The notes beneath the pieces are model-generated. The model did no database searches and had not been told where the DNA came from. It saw nothing but the letters and a program-made list of their open reading frames with translations. The position numbers and the translations under genes are program-made. This document shows positions 28,484 to 38,478 of a DNA stretch of 64,000 nucleotides, in pieces (the stretch's first letter is position 1; each line of letters begins with the position of its first letter). Source of the stretch: Candidatus Latescibacterota bacterium (GTDB lineage Bacteria; Latescibacterota; UBA2968; UBA8231); NCBI GenBank assembly GCA_965243025.1, contig CBDETY010000003.1, positions 6,528,001-6,592,000 on the forward strand, in the 5' to 3' direction.

Positions 28484-29437
28484 ATGAATCGTACCGCGAC
28501 TGTTGCACTGGTCAGCTACAGCCCGGTTGCGGGCGATGCTCCTGACCGGCTGGCCAAAACCCTCGAGAAAATGGGGATGCACATAACCCAGGCCGCCGCA
28601 CAAAAGGCCGATCTCGTGGTCTTTCCGGAGATCTGCTCTTATCTGGGTGCGCCCGACGCGTGGGTCTTTGAAGAGCTCGACGGGCCCACGGTTACGGCTA
28701 TGGCCGCTGCCGCCCGCACCCATTCGGTGTACGTTGTAATTCCGCAGGCCATCATGGAAGGCGGCAAGCGCCGCAACAGTTCCATCCTGATCGACCGGAC
28801 GGGCGAGATAGTTGGCGTGTATCACAAAAACGTGCCGACCCATCCAGAGCTGGACCTGGGCATCATCCCCGGCACTGAGACGCCTGTTTTTGAAACCGAC
28901 TTTGGCCGCCTCGCTTTGACCATCTGTTTTGATATCAACTACTGGGAAGTAGGACATGCAACCTGCGCTAACTGCCCCGAGCTGGTCGTCTGGTCATCCA
29001 TGTGGACGGGCGTGCGGATGATGAGCCGCTGGGCAATTGAGTTTGGTTTTTATATGGCGGGGGTATTTGCCGGCGGCGGCTCGTTTATTGATCCGGCCGG
29101 GAGGCTCATTTGCAGTGCGCCGCGCCGGACCAGCGATGCGACCGGCATGGCACCGCTGATCACTGCCAGGCTTGATCTGGATATGCGGGTGGTACATCAC
29201 GACGGCAACATCCAGCGCGTGCGGTCCTTGTTTGAGCGGTACGGTCCTGGCGCTGCAACGGCGGAGCATCTTGGTGACGAGTGTCTGTTGACGCTGCGCT
29301 CTTACTTGCCGCACAAGAGCACCGATGAATTAATCGCGGAGTTCGAGATCGAGCCGATGCGCGATTATCTGGCCAGGGTGCGTCGCGACCGGCAGCGCGC
29401 TCTGGACGGAACCTACCCGACTTCCCCCCATAGATGA
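28484..29437 (+). CDS. Carbon-nitrogen hydrolase (nitrilase superfamily)
   Basis: Glu-Lys-Cys triad contexts 'VVFPE', 'VYHK', 'TICFD'. Confidence 0.9.
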   Translation: MNRTATVALVSYSPVAGDAPDRLAKTLEKMGMHITQAAAQKADLVVFPEICSYLGAPDAWVFEELDGPTVTAMAAAARTHSVYVVIPQAIMEGGKRRNSSILIDRTGEIVGVYHKNVPTHPELDLGIIPGTETPVFETDFGRLALTICFDINYWEVGHATCANCPELVVWSSMWTGVRMMSRWAIEFGFYMAGVFAGGGSFIDPAGRLICSAPRRTSDATGMAPLITARLDLDMRVVHHDGNIQRVRSLFERYGPGAATAEHLGDECLLTLRSYLPHKSTDELIAEFEIEPMRDYLARVRRDRQRALDGTYPTSPHR

Positions 29438-29501
29438 GCAGGTAAGAATGCATGGATTTCACGAAAAAAGGTGATCGCTGCCTCTTTTTGAATCGCGGTC
29501 C

Positions 29502-29530
29502 TTGTTTCTCATCTTGTTCCGGGCTAAGAT
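29502..29530 (+). promoter_or_regulatory. Possible sigma70 promoter for the second CBM9-like gene
   Basis: TTGTTT-N17-TAAGAT. Confidence 0.35.
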
Positions 29531-29620
29531 GATGGTACTCACAGGCGCGTCCGCGCACCTCGTGACAATCCGCCACGACACAACCCGGCGGCCGCGCCAC
29601 GTCACCCAGAGGAGGACGCC

Positions 29621-30577
29621 ATGCGCCCAGCCCTTCTTGTCGCCCTGGGTCTGGTCGGCACGCTGCTCGCGACCAACAGCCAAGCCCAGTGGGAAGACAC
29701 CAAGGTGTACCAGCTCCATAAATTCACCCAACCGCCGGTGCTGGACGGCAACCGCGCCACCGTGTCAGACGAGTGGGCCAACACCTTGGAACTGGAGTGC
29801 TCGCCCGAGGTCGTACTCGCAGACGGCGCCGAGTACGGATGGCGGGATGCCGAGTTACATGTAGGTAATATCAGCGCCAACCAGCTGAACCAGAGCGCGG
29901 GGGAGGACGGGACCATAGCCCGCACGAGCGACGACCTGTCCAGCGTAATCTGGCACGCCTGGGATGAGGACGCCTTCTATTTCTTCACCGAAGTCCGCGA
30001 CAACGTTCGCGACGTCGTCGGCGGCGGCGGCGACCCGACAGCGTGGTGGGAGCGCGACAGTTTGACCCTCATCCTCGATCTCCTCAACGAGGATGTCGGC
30101 GGGGCCGCTTTCGGGGAAAGAAACAACCAGAACTGGGTCAACTACGTCGCGGCGCCGCAGAACTCCAGCTCTGTGACCCGCACGCTCGGGGTCACCGTAC
30201 AGACGGCAATTGAGAATACTCAGGACGAGGATCTGCTCGAGGGCCTGGAGTATGGCTTCCGCGACGCCGGCGACGAGTTCGGCGGCGAAGCCGATTACGC
30301 GATCGAGGGCAAGATCAGCTGGGAGACGCTGGTGCGGGGCGGGAACCTGCCGCGCGCCCCGTCCGTGGGAGAGGAGATGGGTTTCAGCTGGATTCCCGTC
30401 GACCCGGACAACGACGAGGCTTACGGCGGCCAGCTGCAGTGCGAAGGATTCATTCCCAACCAGGCAACTTACTCCACCTGGATCTTTTCCGACATCGCCG
30501 CCGGACCGGGTTCTTCTTCTGCCACGGCCGTGGAGGAGGACAGCTGGGCGCGAATCAAGGCCTCTTTCGCGCAATAG
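29621..30577 (+). CDS. Secreted CBM9/DOMON-like protein, paralog of 9404-10375
   Basis: GAGGAGG RBS; shares 'KFTQPPVLDG', 'GFRDAGDEFGGEADY', 'YGGQLQCEG', 'TAVEEDSW.IK'. Confidence 0.7.
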   Translation: MRPALLVALGLVGTLLATNSQAQWEDTKVYQLHKFTQPPVLDGNRATVSDEWANTLELECSPEVVLADGAEYGWRDAELHVGNISANQLNQSAGEDGTIARTSDDLSSVIWHAWDEDAFYFFTEVRDNVRDVVGGGGDPTAWWERDSLTLILDLLNEDVGGAAFGERNNQNWVNYVAAPQNSSSVTRTLGVTVQTAIENTQDEDLLEGLEYGFRDAGDEFGGEADYAIEGKISWETLVRGGNLPRAPSVGEEMGFSWIPVDPDNDEAYGGQLQCEGFIPNQATYSTWIFSDIAAGPGSSSATAVEEDSWARIKASFAQ

Positions 30578-30610
30578 TAATCCGGGAGACGCCTCTCCTG
30601 AACTTCTACG

Positions 30611-30645
30611 TGCCCCGGTAGTCGTCTGTGCCGGCTGCCGGGGCA
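30611..30645 (+). terminator. Stem-loop after CBM9-like gene
   Basis: TGCCCCGGTAG...CTGCCGGGGCA followed by TCTCT. Confidence 0.5.
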
Positions 30646-30832
30646 TCTCTGTACGCGCCAGCTCCCACGCCCGGGCAGCCGCTGCCCGGTTCCGGGGGAT
30701 CTCACGGGAATCGCGACAATGCCTGCGCCCGGGCGACCCCCCGCCAATCGGAATGTAGAAGACGCGCGGGGGAGCCACTGGCCGCCCCCGCCTCCCGGGC
30801 ACTGACGCCTGGCGCCGCCGTCCACGCGGTGG

Positions 30833-32869
30833 GTGGACTCACCTGACCGAGCTGTATTGAGCGTGTCATTCCCACCGATGCAGCCGGGCGCCGCCGCGGA
30901 ACGCTCCCCGGACCCGGCGGCCAGATCCCACTCCGGGCTTACCTGGCGCTCTCTGCTCCTGGGGCTCATCCAGGTATTCATAGTCTGCGCCGGCGCTCCG
31001 TTTTCGCTGTGGGTGGTGGGTGCGTCGGAGATCACCTGGTCCTACTTCCCCGTCGGCGTGGGCTTTCCCTTCCTGTGCCTGGTTCTCGTCAACAGCCTGT
31101 TGAGAACCCTCGGACCCGGCTGGGCTCTGCAGCCGGCCGAGCTCATCACCATCGCCGTCATGGGACTGGTGGTAACGGGCATACCCATCTTCATGGTCGG
31201 GTATGTGATGGCCATCCCCACGACTCCCCACTACTTCGCATCCCCCGAGAACCAGTGGGGGGAACACGTCTTGCCGCACCTGCCGTCGTGGCTCGTACCG
31301 AGCAACGAGGCCAATGCAATGGCCTGGTTCTTCGAGGGCCTTCCACTGGGCGAGCCGGTGCCGTGGGCGGCTCTCTTCCAGGCCTGGGTCATGCCTCTGT
31401 TCTGGTGGTTGACCTTCATCTGGACCCTCTACCTGGTGTCCTTCTGCATGGTCGTAGTCATGCGCAGGCAGTGGGTGGAGCGGGAACGTCTGGCGTTTCC
31501 CCTCATGCAGGTGCCTCGAGCCCTGGTGGAAGACCTGGGAGGATTTTCTCGATTCCCTCCTCTCTTGAGCCAGAAGTTGTTCTGGGCCGGGGCATCGATC
31601 CCCCTTGCCCTGATCCTGTGGAACGTGGCCGGGTACTTCCTCCACTACCTTCCCGCCATACCCTATCAGTACGTCGTGGACATCGGCCGGGACTTTCCCC
31701 CGCTGAACATCAGTCTCAACGGTCCTATCATCGGCATCACATACTTTGCCAACCTCAACGTATCGTTCAGCATCTGGTTCTTCTACCTCCTGACCATGGT
31801 CCAGGAGGGCCTGTTCAACCGGTTCGGGATGGGGATTACCGGCACCGACACCTTCGTCTGGGGCCTGCCATCGACATCCTGGCAGAGCTGGGGTGCCTTC
31901 GTCGTGATGGTCCTGTGGGGATTGTGGCGGGCGCGCAGCCATCTCGGCGACGTGGCGCGCAAGGCGTGGCGGCCCGATCACGCGGTGGACGATACACGCG
32001 AACTGCTGTCCTACCGGACGGCAGCTGTGGGCCTGGTGGTCGGGGTGGCCTACATGCTGGCGTGGCTGTGCCGGGCCGGCATGGACTGGCATGTCGCCTC
32101 GTTGTTTCTGGCCAGCGTGATCATCGCCTACCTGGGGATCACGCGGCTGGTGATTCAGGCAGGACTCTACTATCTGTCGACGCCCGTGGTGGGGCAGGCG
32201 ATGACCATGTCCGTTTTCGGGACGGCCTCGATTTCTCCGCATGGCCTGGCGGCACTGGGACTGAGCTACAGTTTCTTCGGCGACGTGCAATCGATTTTCA
32301 TGCCGTCCGCCGCCCATGCCGCCAAGCTGCAGGACGTGATGGGCTTCGGGCGCCGAGGGCTCAGCCTGGCCATCGCCATGGCGGTACTGGCAGGCTTCGG
32401 CGCTGCCATCGGCAGCATTCTGTATGTGGGCTACGAGCGGGGAGCGTCCAATTTCACTTCCTGGTTCTTCCGCGTCTCCTCAGGTGCGGGAGTGATGGCC
32501 TTCGACGCGGTGACGGCGCAGATAAAAAACCCGGGTCCGCCCCAGCTCGAGAAACTGGCCTTCTTCGGAATCGGCTCTTTCGTCATGAGCGCGCTGACTT
32601 TCATGCAGTACCGCTTTCCCTGGTGGCCCCTGCACCCCATCGGCCTGCCCGTTGCAGCGATCTGGATGATCCGCAGGCAGGCGGCGGCCATTTTCATGGC
32701 GTGGCTGGCCAAGTCGCTGATCATCCGCTTCGGGGGCATCGACCTGTATCGGCGGGCGGCCCCTTTCTTCATCGGCCTCATCCTCGGCCAGTTCATCGGA
32801 GTGGGGATCTCGTTCGTCGTCGATCTCCTCTTCTTTTACGGCAACGGCCACCTGATCAGGCACGTTTAA
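30833..32869 (+). CDS. DUF6785/DUF6784-like membrane protein, close paralog of 10509-12530
   Basis: Long shared blocks ('IPTTPHYFASPENQWG', 'LGLSYSFFGDVQS', 'FYRVSSGAG/FFRVSSGAG'). Confidence 0.75.
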   Translation: MDSPDRAVLSVSFPPMQPGAAAERSPDPAARSHSGLTWRSLLLGLIQVFIVCAGAPFSLWVVGASEITWSYFPVGVGFPFLCLVLVNSLLRTLGPGWALQPAELITIAVMGLVVTGIPIFMVGYVMAIPTTPHYFASPENQWGEHVLPHLPSWLVPSNEANAMAWFFEGLPLGEPVPWAALFQAWVMPLFWWLTFIWTLYLVSFCMVVVMRRQWVERERLAFPLMQVPRALVEDLGGFSRFPPLLSQKLFWAGASIPLALILWNVAGYFLHYLPAIPYQYVVDIGRDFPPLNISLNGPIIGITYFANLNVSFSIWFFYLLTMVQEGLFNRFGMGITGTDTFVWGLPSTSWQSWGAFVVMVLWGLWRARSHLGDVARKAWRPDHAVDDTRELLSYRTAAVGLVVGVAYMLAWLCRAGMDWHVASLFLASVIIAYLGITRLVIQAGLYYLSTPVVGQAMTMSVFGTASISPHGLAALGLSYSFFGDVQSIFMPSAAHAAKLQDVMGFGRRGLSLAIAMAVLAGFGAAIGSILYVGYERGASNFTSWFFRVSSGAGVMAFDAVTAQIKNPGPPQLEKLAFFGIGSFVMSALTFMQYRFPWWPLHPIGLPVAAIWMIRRQAAAIFMAWLAKSLIIRFGGIDLYRRAAPFFIGLILGQFIGVGISFVVDLLFFYGNGHLIRHV

Positions 32870-32885
32870 CCTCGAAAGGAGTTCC

Positions 32886-34352
32886 ATGCCACAGCAGCGA
32901 CCCCACGTCATCTACATCCTCTCGGATGAGCACCGAGGTCAGGCCATGGGACACGCCGGCGACCCCAACCTTCGCACCCCTGCGATGGACCGGCTGGCCG
33001 CCGAAGGGGCCAGCTTCCGCCGGGCGTACGCCAACTGTCCTGTGTGTACTCCTTCGCGAGGCACCATTTTCTCCGGACGCCACGCCCACGCAGGTCCTGT
33101 GGCGGGATTCACCGACGCCTACCCGGCCACCGCTCCGAGCACGGCCACCCATCTCCGCCGGCACGGTTACCACACTGCCTATTTCGGCAAATGGCACTGC
33201 GGCGTCATTCACGATCAAGTTCCCACGGCGGTTCGAGAAAACCCGGAGGTTTACCCTGGAGGGCGGAGGATTCGCACGCCCGAGCATCTGCGCGCCGGCT
33301 TTCAGGACTGGTTCGCTTTCGAGGCCCTCAACAACCCCTTCCACACCTCCATCTACGAAGGCGAAGCAGAGACCCCCACGCCATTGGACGGATACCAGAC
33401 CGATGCGCTCACCGATCGGGCGATCGAGTACCTGCGCGCTTACGATCAGGACAGTCCCCTGTTCCTGGTGCTCAGCGTCGAGCCTCCCCACTTTCCCCTC
33501 GAGGCACCGGAACGCTTCAAGCGCTTCGATCCCGCACAGCTGCAGGTGCGCCCCAACTTCATCGACCGTCCCGACCCCCCGGGTGGCGCCCCGCTGCCCA
33601 ACCCCTGGGACAAGAGCGATGCCATCCACGACTACAGCAACGACATGCGCCGGCACCTGGCCCTGTATTACGCCATGATCGAGAACCTCGACTGGAACAT
33701 GGCCCGCCTGCTGGAAGAAACAGCGCGGATTCCGCAGTTCGCCGGAGAGCGGACGCTCGTCGTCTACATCTCCGACCACGGCGACTTCATGGGCAGTCAC
33801 GGCCTCCACGACCGCAAAGAGCACCCACACGAAGAGCCATCGCGGATCCCCGCCCTTTTCCACCGTCCCGGCCATGTCCTCGCCCAGGGCCCCGTCGACG
33901 GACTCTTCGGCCTGGTAGACCTGCTCGCCACCACCTGCGGGCTTGTCGGAATTGACGTGCCTGTCTGGAATCAGGGGACCGATTTTTCGCCCCTGCTCCG
34001 GGGAGAGACCTTCACCGGCCCTGAGTACCAACTGCTGGAGATGCTGGCGAACCCGCGCTGGTGCCTGGACTTCATGGACTGGCGGGCGCTGGTGACGGAG
34101 CGTTGGAAGTACGCCTATTACGAGACCGGCGCAGAGCTGCTCTTCGATCTGCAGGAGGACCCCTACGAGTTGACCAACCTCGCCGCTGCGCAACCCGAGG
34201 CTTGCGCGCAGTGGCGGGAGAAACTGCTCGACGCCCTGCGACGGACTCGGGAACCATTTTTCGACGTGGTCATCGAGCACGGCGTAAAGCCCTGTCCACG
34301 GCCTCGAAACGTGTCGGGGGAGAGCTACCCCATCCTCGGAGCGGCCTGGTGA
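32886..34352 (+). CDS. Formylglycine-dependent sulfatase
   Basis: 'YILSDEHR', CxPxR motif 'CTPSRGTIFSG', 'GKWH', 'PPHFP', 'SDHG', 'LFDLQEDPYE'. Confidence 0.95.
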   Translation: MPQQRPHVIYILSDEHRGQAMGHAGDPNLRTPAMDRLAAEGASFRRAYANCPVCTPSRGTIFSGRHAHAGPVAGFTDAYPATAPSTATHLRRHGYHTAYFGKWHCGVIHDQVPTAVRENPEVYPGGRRIRTPEHLRAGFQDWFAFEALNNPFHTSIYEGEAETPTPLDGYQTDALTDRAIEYLRAYDQDSPLFLVLSVEPPHFPLEAPERFKRFDPAQLQVRPNFIDRPDPPGGAPLPNPWDKSDAIHDYSNDMRRHLALYYAMIENLDWNMARLLEETARIPQFAGERTLVVYISDHGDFMGSHGLHDRKEHPHEEPSRIPALFHRPGHVLAQGPVDGLFGLVDLLATTCGLVGIDVPVWNQGTDFSPLLRGETFTGPEYQLLEMLANPRWCLDFMDWRALVTERWKYAYYETGAELLFDLQEDPYELTNLAAAQPEACAQWREKLLDALRRTREPFFDVVIEHGVKPCPRPRNVSGESYPILGAAW

Positions 34353-34451
34353 TTTTCCCGCAGCAAAAGCTGATGCTGCGGCCCGTCGGCGTGCGTGGGA
34401 CGAATGCTCGCCCATTTCCGCTGCCCGCCGTCAAGGTTCCGGGCTGATCGT

Positions 34452-35216
34452 TCAGATCGAAGTGATCCCGCCCCGCCTCCAATAGTGGTCGAGCGAATCC
34501 TGCGCCTGCCATTCCAGGATCCGCTTGACCTTTTCGTTTGAGAATTTCTGATGCGGGAGATCGGGGAAGACGAAGAAAACCTCGCAGCGGGATGGGAGTG
34601 TTCCCGGTTCGACCTCCAGCGCGCAGCGGAAGGCCTCACCGGTATCTCTCCATGAGGTCGTGTAGGGGGTCATGTCACGTCCGAGGTTTGCAATCGGCGA
34701 ACCGGATCGGGATCTGTGGGCCTGCGGATCCAGAAGCATGTAAAAGAGCAGATCCATCACGTAGATATCGTGACTCTCCGTGAAAATGCGGCAGATTTCC
34801 TGTCCCATCGACTTCGTAATTGCGTACAGATACGTTCCGGGCTGATGAGGGATATCCGGCCCGATCTGGTGGTCGAAGCGTTCATAAGTAGGTCCCGCAA
34901 CCACGTAGAATGGGCCCGAGTTGACTATTCTGCCGATCCCCTGCTCTACCGCCGCGACCATCATGTTGTAGCAGCCGCGAGCATTTACATCGAAGGCCAG
35001 GCGGCGATCGGGGCGCAACACCGACAGATTGATGATGGCATCCATCCCCTCGGCCGCCGATACCACCTGATCGAGATCGGACACGTCGACCTTCAGATAT
35101 TCGTGTTGCGTATCCAGGTCGTTGATGTCGGTCAGGCGTAACCGGTGTCGCGATTCAAGCGACTTGACGACATGCGGGCCCATCTGCCCGTTTGCGCCGA
35201 GAATCAGAACGTTCAT
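34452..35216 (-). CDS. NAD-dependent epimerase/dehydratase (uronate dehydrogenase-like)
   Basis: 'ILGANGQMG', YxxxK 'YAITK'. Confidence 0.85.
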   Translation of the reverse strand: MNVLILGANGQMGPHVVKSLESRHRLRLTDINDLDTQHEYLKVDVSDLDQVVSAAEGMDAIINLSVLRPDRRLAFDVNARGCYNMMVAAVEQGIGRIVNSGPFYVVAGPTYERFDHQIGPDIPHQPGTYLYAITKSMGQEICRIFTESHDIYVMDLLFYMLLDPQAHRSRSGSPIANLGRDMTPYTTSWRDTGEAFRCALEVEPGTLPSRCEVFFVFPDLPHQKFSNEKVKRILEWQAQDSLDHYWRRGGITSI

Positions 35217-35926
35217 CGTGCCTTGCCCCTTCTCCGGGGCGTGTAGCCAAGACTGAACGGCGGGGAGACGTCATCGGCGCTCCACCACTCCTGGCCGGTC
35301 AGGAACCGCGCGTTGGTCACCGCCGACTGGATGTGAAAGATGTCCAGCCATCCGGAAAGCTCTGCCGTGAGTGCCTTCTCTACCGCGTCGACCGCATCGT
35401 CCATATAGAGAGCCGATGAGGTGGGATCCGAACTCGATTCCGGCGTGATGTCACCCAGTCTCAGGACGACGACGTGGATCTTTCTCTCGCGGGCGAACTC
35501 GCGACACACGAATTCGCCAAGGTGAAAACAGAGCACCGGTAATTCCGTTGTCGGGAGCGTCTTCCACCGTTCGGTTACCGCGAGGTCCGGGTCATAGCCC
35601 TTCATGAGGAGTAGGGAGCTGAGGTAGACGAATCGCTGAACACCCTCTTCCGCCGCCGCCCACAGGAGGTTGTAGGTGCAGCGCATCTGGAAGTCGAGTT
35701 GCTCGGACGCGCTCGCTTCAGGGTCGATCTCTCCGGAGTGAACGATCGCATCGACACCGCGAACCAGCTCGTTGGTTGCCTCTGTGTGATCGAGGGCGGA
35801 ACGGAGAAACCCGAGGTCGGACGACACCTCTCGAGTGTCCGTCAGCTTGATCTCGTGGCCGCGGCTCAGCGATCCCGCGATTCCTCGCGAGAGTTGCGAC
35901 GCGGCCGATGTAATCAGGACTTCCAT
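35213..35926 (-). CDS. SDR/epimerase-fold protein lacking catalytic motifs
   Basis: Fold motifs 'GVDAIVH', 'TYNLLWAA', 'RFVYLSS'; no GxxGxxG, no YxxxK. Confidence 0.7.
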   Translation of the reverse strand: MEVLITSAASQLSRGIAGSLSRGHEIKLTDTREVSSDLGFLRSALDHTEATNELVRGVDAIVHSGEIDPEASASEQLDFQMRCTYNLLWAAAEEGVQRFVYLSSLLLMKGYDPDLAVTERWKTLPTTELPVLCFHLGEFVCREFARERKIHVVVLRLGDITPESSSDPTSSALYMDDAVDAVEKALTAELSGWLDIFHIQSAVTNARFLTGQEWWSADDVSPPFSLGYTPRRRGKAR

Positions 35927-36071
35927 ACGAAATCGTCAACGAGCGATTTCAAGGGCGCAATTCATGTCCAATAGCTCTTCTGGCATCCATCGGGTTTTAT
36001 ACTTCTCATACGCATTTGCGCAGTATTCGATGCAAGCCCACCCACGGAAGGGGAGGTCAAGCCTCGGCGGC

Positions 36072-36325
36072 CTACTCGAGGTAGAGCAACCGCCGCGTCA
36101 TCAGCCCCCCGGATGGCGCAGGCACGCCAAGATCCCCGCGGCCACCGGGGCACCCTGGTGGTCGCGGGGATCCCAGACGACCTGATACCTGACCACGTCC
36201 CACAATCGAACCGTGCCGTCCTCACTGGCACTGGCCAGCAGCGACCCATCCGGTGTGAAAGATACCGAATTCACCCAGTGACCATGGCCTTCGAGAGTGG
36301 CTGCTTCCCGGCCGCTGGGCAGCTC
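36072..36325 (-). pseudogene. Remnant of a WD40-repeat + FlgD-tail secreted protein
   Basis: '[36 protein letters not shown]' joined to '[19 protein letters not shown]..' and, in another frame, 'MTRRLLYLE*'. Confidence 0.75.
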
Positions 36326-36339
36326 GTTTCATTTGCTCT

Positions 36340-36472
36340 GGATCAATCACAAGATGCTCCAAAGTCCCTGCGCCCGCACTGGTTCATGGGGCTGGGACTG
36401 TTCTTCTTCGGGGTCTTCTACCTGGGTCTGGCCGTGCTCGTCTTCTACATCCGGGTGCTGCCGGCCCTGTAG
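36340..36472 (+). pseudogene. C-terminal remnant of an Nramp-like membrane protein
   Basis: 'PKSLRPHWFMGLGLFFFGVFYLGLAVLVFYIRVLPAL*' with no upstream body. Confidence 0.4.
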
Positions 36473-36600
36473 CAGTTCGCGATGCCAGGCGTGAGCGTCC
36501 GCGTGCCGGGATCTGCCGAATCTCGATCCGGTTTGGCAAGTTGGGGCTTCCTTCCGGCCGCCGATTGAAGGGCCTGGAGCGGCCTCCTATACTTCCGGGT

Positions 36601-38478
36601 ATGCAATCACCCGTCCGCTTCGACCGCTCTTTCCTTCCCGGGGCCCGCTTCGAATTTGCCGTCATCAGCGATACCCACAACATCCTGGATACTGAGCCCT
36701 ATGCGGTTGAATTCCGCTCCGTTCGGAATTGGCCGGCGCGAGCCAGATGGGCAGCCGGGATGGCCGCCGATATAGGGGGGGATTTCCTGATTCACCTCGG
36801 GGACCTGACCGAAGAAAACGCCTCGAAGAAGGGGCAGCTTGAATCCCGGGAAGAAGCCTGTCAGGCCTATGAAAATGCGGGCTTGAGACTCTACCAGGTC
36901 GCCGGCAACGTGGATATCGGCGACAAGCCGGATCCCACCATGTTCGCCGACCGGGTCAGTGCAGAGAGCCTGGCCACATTTGAAGAGCGATTTGGCCGTT
37001 CCTTTTACAGCTTCGACTACGACCAAGCCCATTTCGTCGTCCTCAACTCCCAGATAATGGGCGGGCGGCTGCCTCAGGCCGACGAACAGAAGGTGTGGGC
37101 GGAGCAAGATCTGGCCAAGAACCGGAACAAACGGATTCTTGTCTTCCTCCACATGCCACCTTTCGTGGTGGCCGAAACGGAACCCGGTCTGGGATTCTAC
37201 AACGCCCTGAACGAGCCCGCCCGAAGCTGGCTCACCGGGCTGTGCCGCCGCTACCGGGTCGAACTGATGATGTGCGGACACACGCACTTTCGGATGTTCA
37301 ATCGAATCGGGACCACGCGCCTGATCGTGGCGCCGTCGACGACGACTTCGCGTGCCGGGTTTTACGAGGCCTTCAGCGTGGCCCCGCCGTCGGAACAGGG
37401 TCGGAACGATCCACCCAAGCTGGGGATGCTGCTGGTCAGGGTTCTGGACGACGGCGCGCGTGTCCATTTCGTTCCGACCCGCGGCCAGACCGAACCGGAC
37501 CCCTTGGAAGCGGGGTGGTCCCGCCTGCTCACGAGAACGAGTCAGGATCTTCAGAATTCACCCCTGGGACTCTTCCTCCGGACTCCTTTGGCTGCCGCCA
37601 GCGAGGGGGCGCTGGCTTGGCCCAGCGCTCTACGACAGGGAATTCGCGACGACCATCCCTTTCTGGCCTGCCTGGAACTGGGCGCTCGCCACGTTCGTGT
37701 CCCCCTGTCCGATCTGGACAGCCCCCTTCAAATGGAACGGCTGTCTCACCTGCGGGAGGAAGGCGTCGAGCTGACGGCCTTCTGCCTCTGGCCCCCCGAA
37801 GCGGAAGAAGCGGAAGCGACCGATGCCGACTGTCTGGAATTGCAGATGCCCACCTGTGTCTGTCCCGACGAGGATCAATCGACGTTCTTGAAGCTCGCCC
37901 GGCACCCCCCGACGCGGGGAGTCAGCCTGGCGCCTCTGCTGACCCGGGAGTTCTCCAAGACCAAGTATCATCCTCGGATGCGCGTCGGGTATCGACCCGA
38001 GGAACTTCCCGAACTCTACCGTTCCCTTGAAGACTCCTCCACCCGTGTCGACCGCATCGTCTGCCATCTGGATGACGCGGAGGATCCTCTCATCGGCCTG
38101 CTGGAATTCGAGTTCGATCCGGATCGAGAAGTCGCACCCGACTTCGTGTTGCGCCTGCCCGGCACTGACGAAAGCGAACAGGCACGGCGTCTGTGCCGGG
38201 CCCTGTGCGGGGCGGCGGCCAGTCCGGGCTGCCGGCTCTTCGTGGACACCCTGGTCCCGGACCCTACCCTTCTCCTCCAGAGCGACCCGATAGTTTCGGG
38301 GTTCGAAAAACAGGATCGTGTTCAAGCACCGGGCCACCTGGAAGGCCGGTCTCGGGTTGGCCAGCCGGTCCAGGAGGCCGAGCTGCAGGCCGGTGCTGAG
38401 CTGGGACGACAAGAACTGGACCGACTCACCACTGAAGGAGTCAATGATGAAAATCGCACTGGGCGTTACTCTGGATGA
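36601..38478 (+). CDS. Calcineurin-like metallophosphoesterase; 3' end apparently scrambled by a small inversion
   Basis: 'ISDTH', 'IHLGDL', 'AGNVD', 'FLHMP', 'CGHTHF'; expected C-terminal 'GLLDRLANPRPAF' is on the opposite strand. Confidence 0.75.
   Translation: MQSPVRFDRSFLPGARFEFAVISDTHNILDTEPYAVEFRSVRNWPARARWAAGMAADIGGDFLIHLGDLTEENASKKGQLESREEACQAYENAGLRLYQVAGNVDIGDKPDPTMFADRVSAESLATFEERFGRSFYSFDYDQAHFVVLNSQIMGGRLPQADEQKVWAEQDLAKNRNKRILVFLHMPPFVVAETEPGLGFYNALNEPARSWLTGLCRRYRVELMMCGHTHFRMFNRIGTTRLIVAPSTTTSRAGFYEAFSVAPPSEQGRNDPPKLGMLLVRVLDDGARVHFVPTRGQTEPDPLEAGWSRLLTRTSQDLQNSPLGLFLRTPLAAASEGALAWPSALRQGIRDDHPFLACLELGARHVRVPLSDLDSPLQMERLSHLREEGVELTAFCLWPPEAEEAEATDADCLELQMPTCVCPDEDQSTFLKLARHPPTRGVSLAPLLTREFSKTKYHPRMRVGYRPEELPELYRSLEDSSTRVDRIVCHLDDAEDPLIGLLEFEFDPDREVAPDFVLRLPGTDESEQARRLCRALCGAAASPGCRLFVDTLVPDPTLLLQSDPIVSGFEKQDRVQAPGHLEGRSRVGQPVQEAELQAGAELGRQELDRLTTEGVNDENRTGRYSG

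Noticed and set aside
30700-30800. Cobalamin-riboswitch-like words (GGGAA, CCCCCGC, GCCACTGG)
   Set aside because: Spacing wrong; AACTGT, GGGAAG and AGYCAG-AGACC elements missing. An Infernal search would settle it
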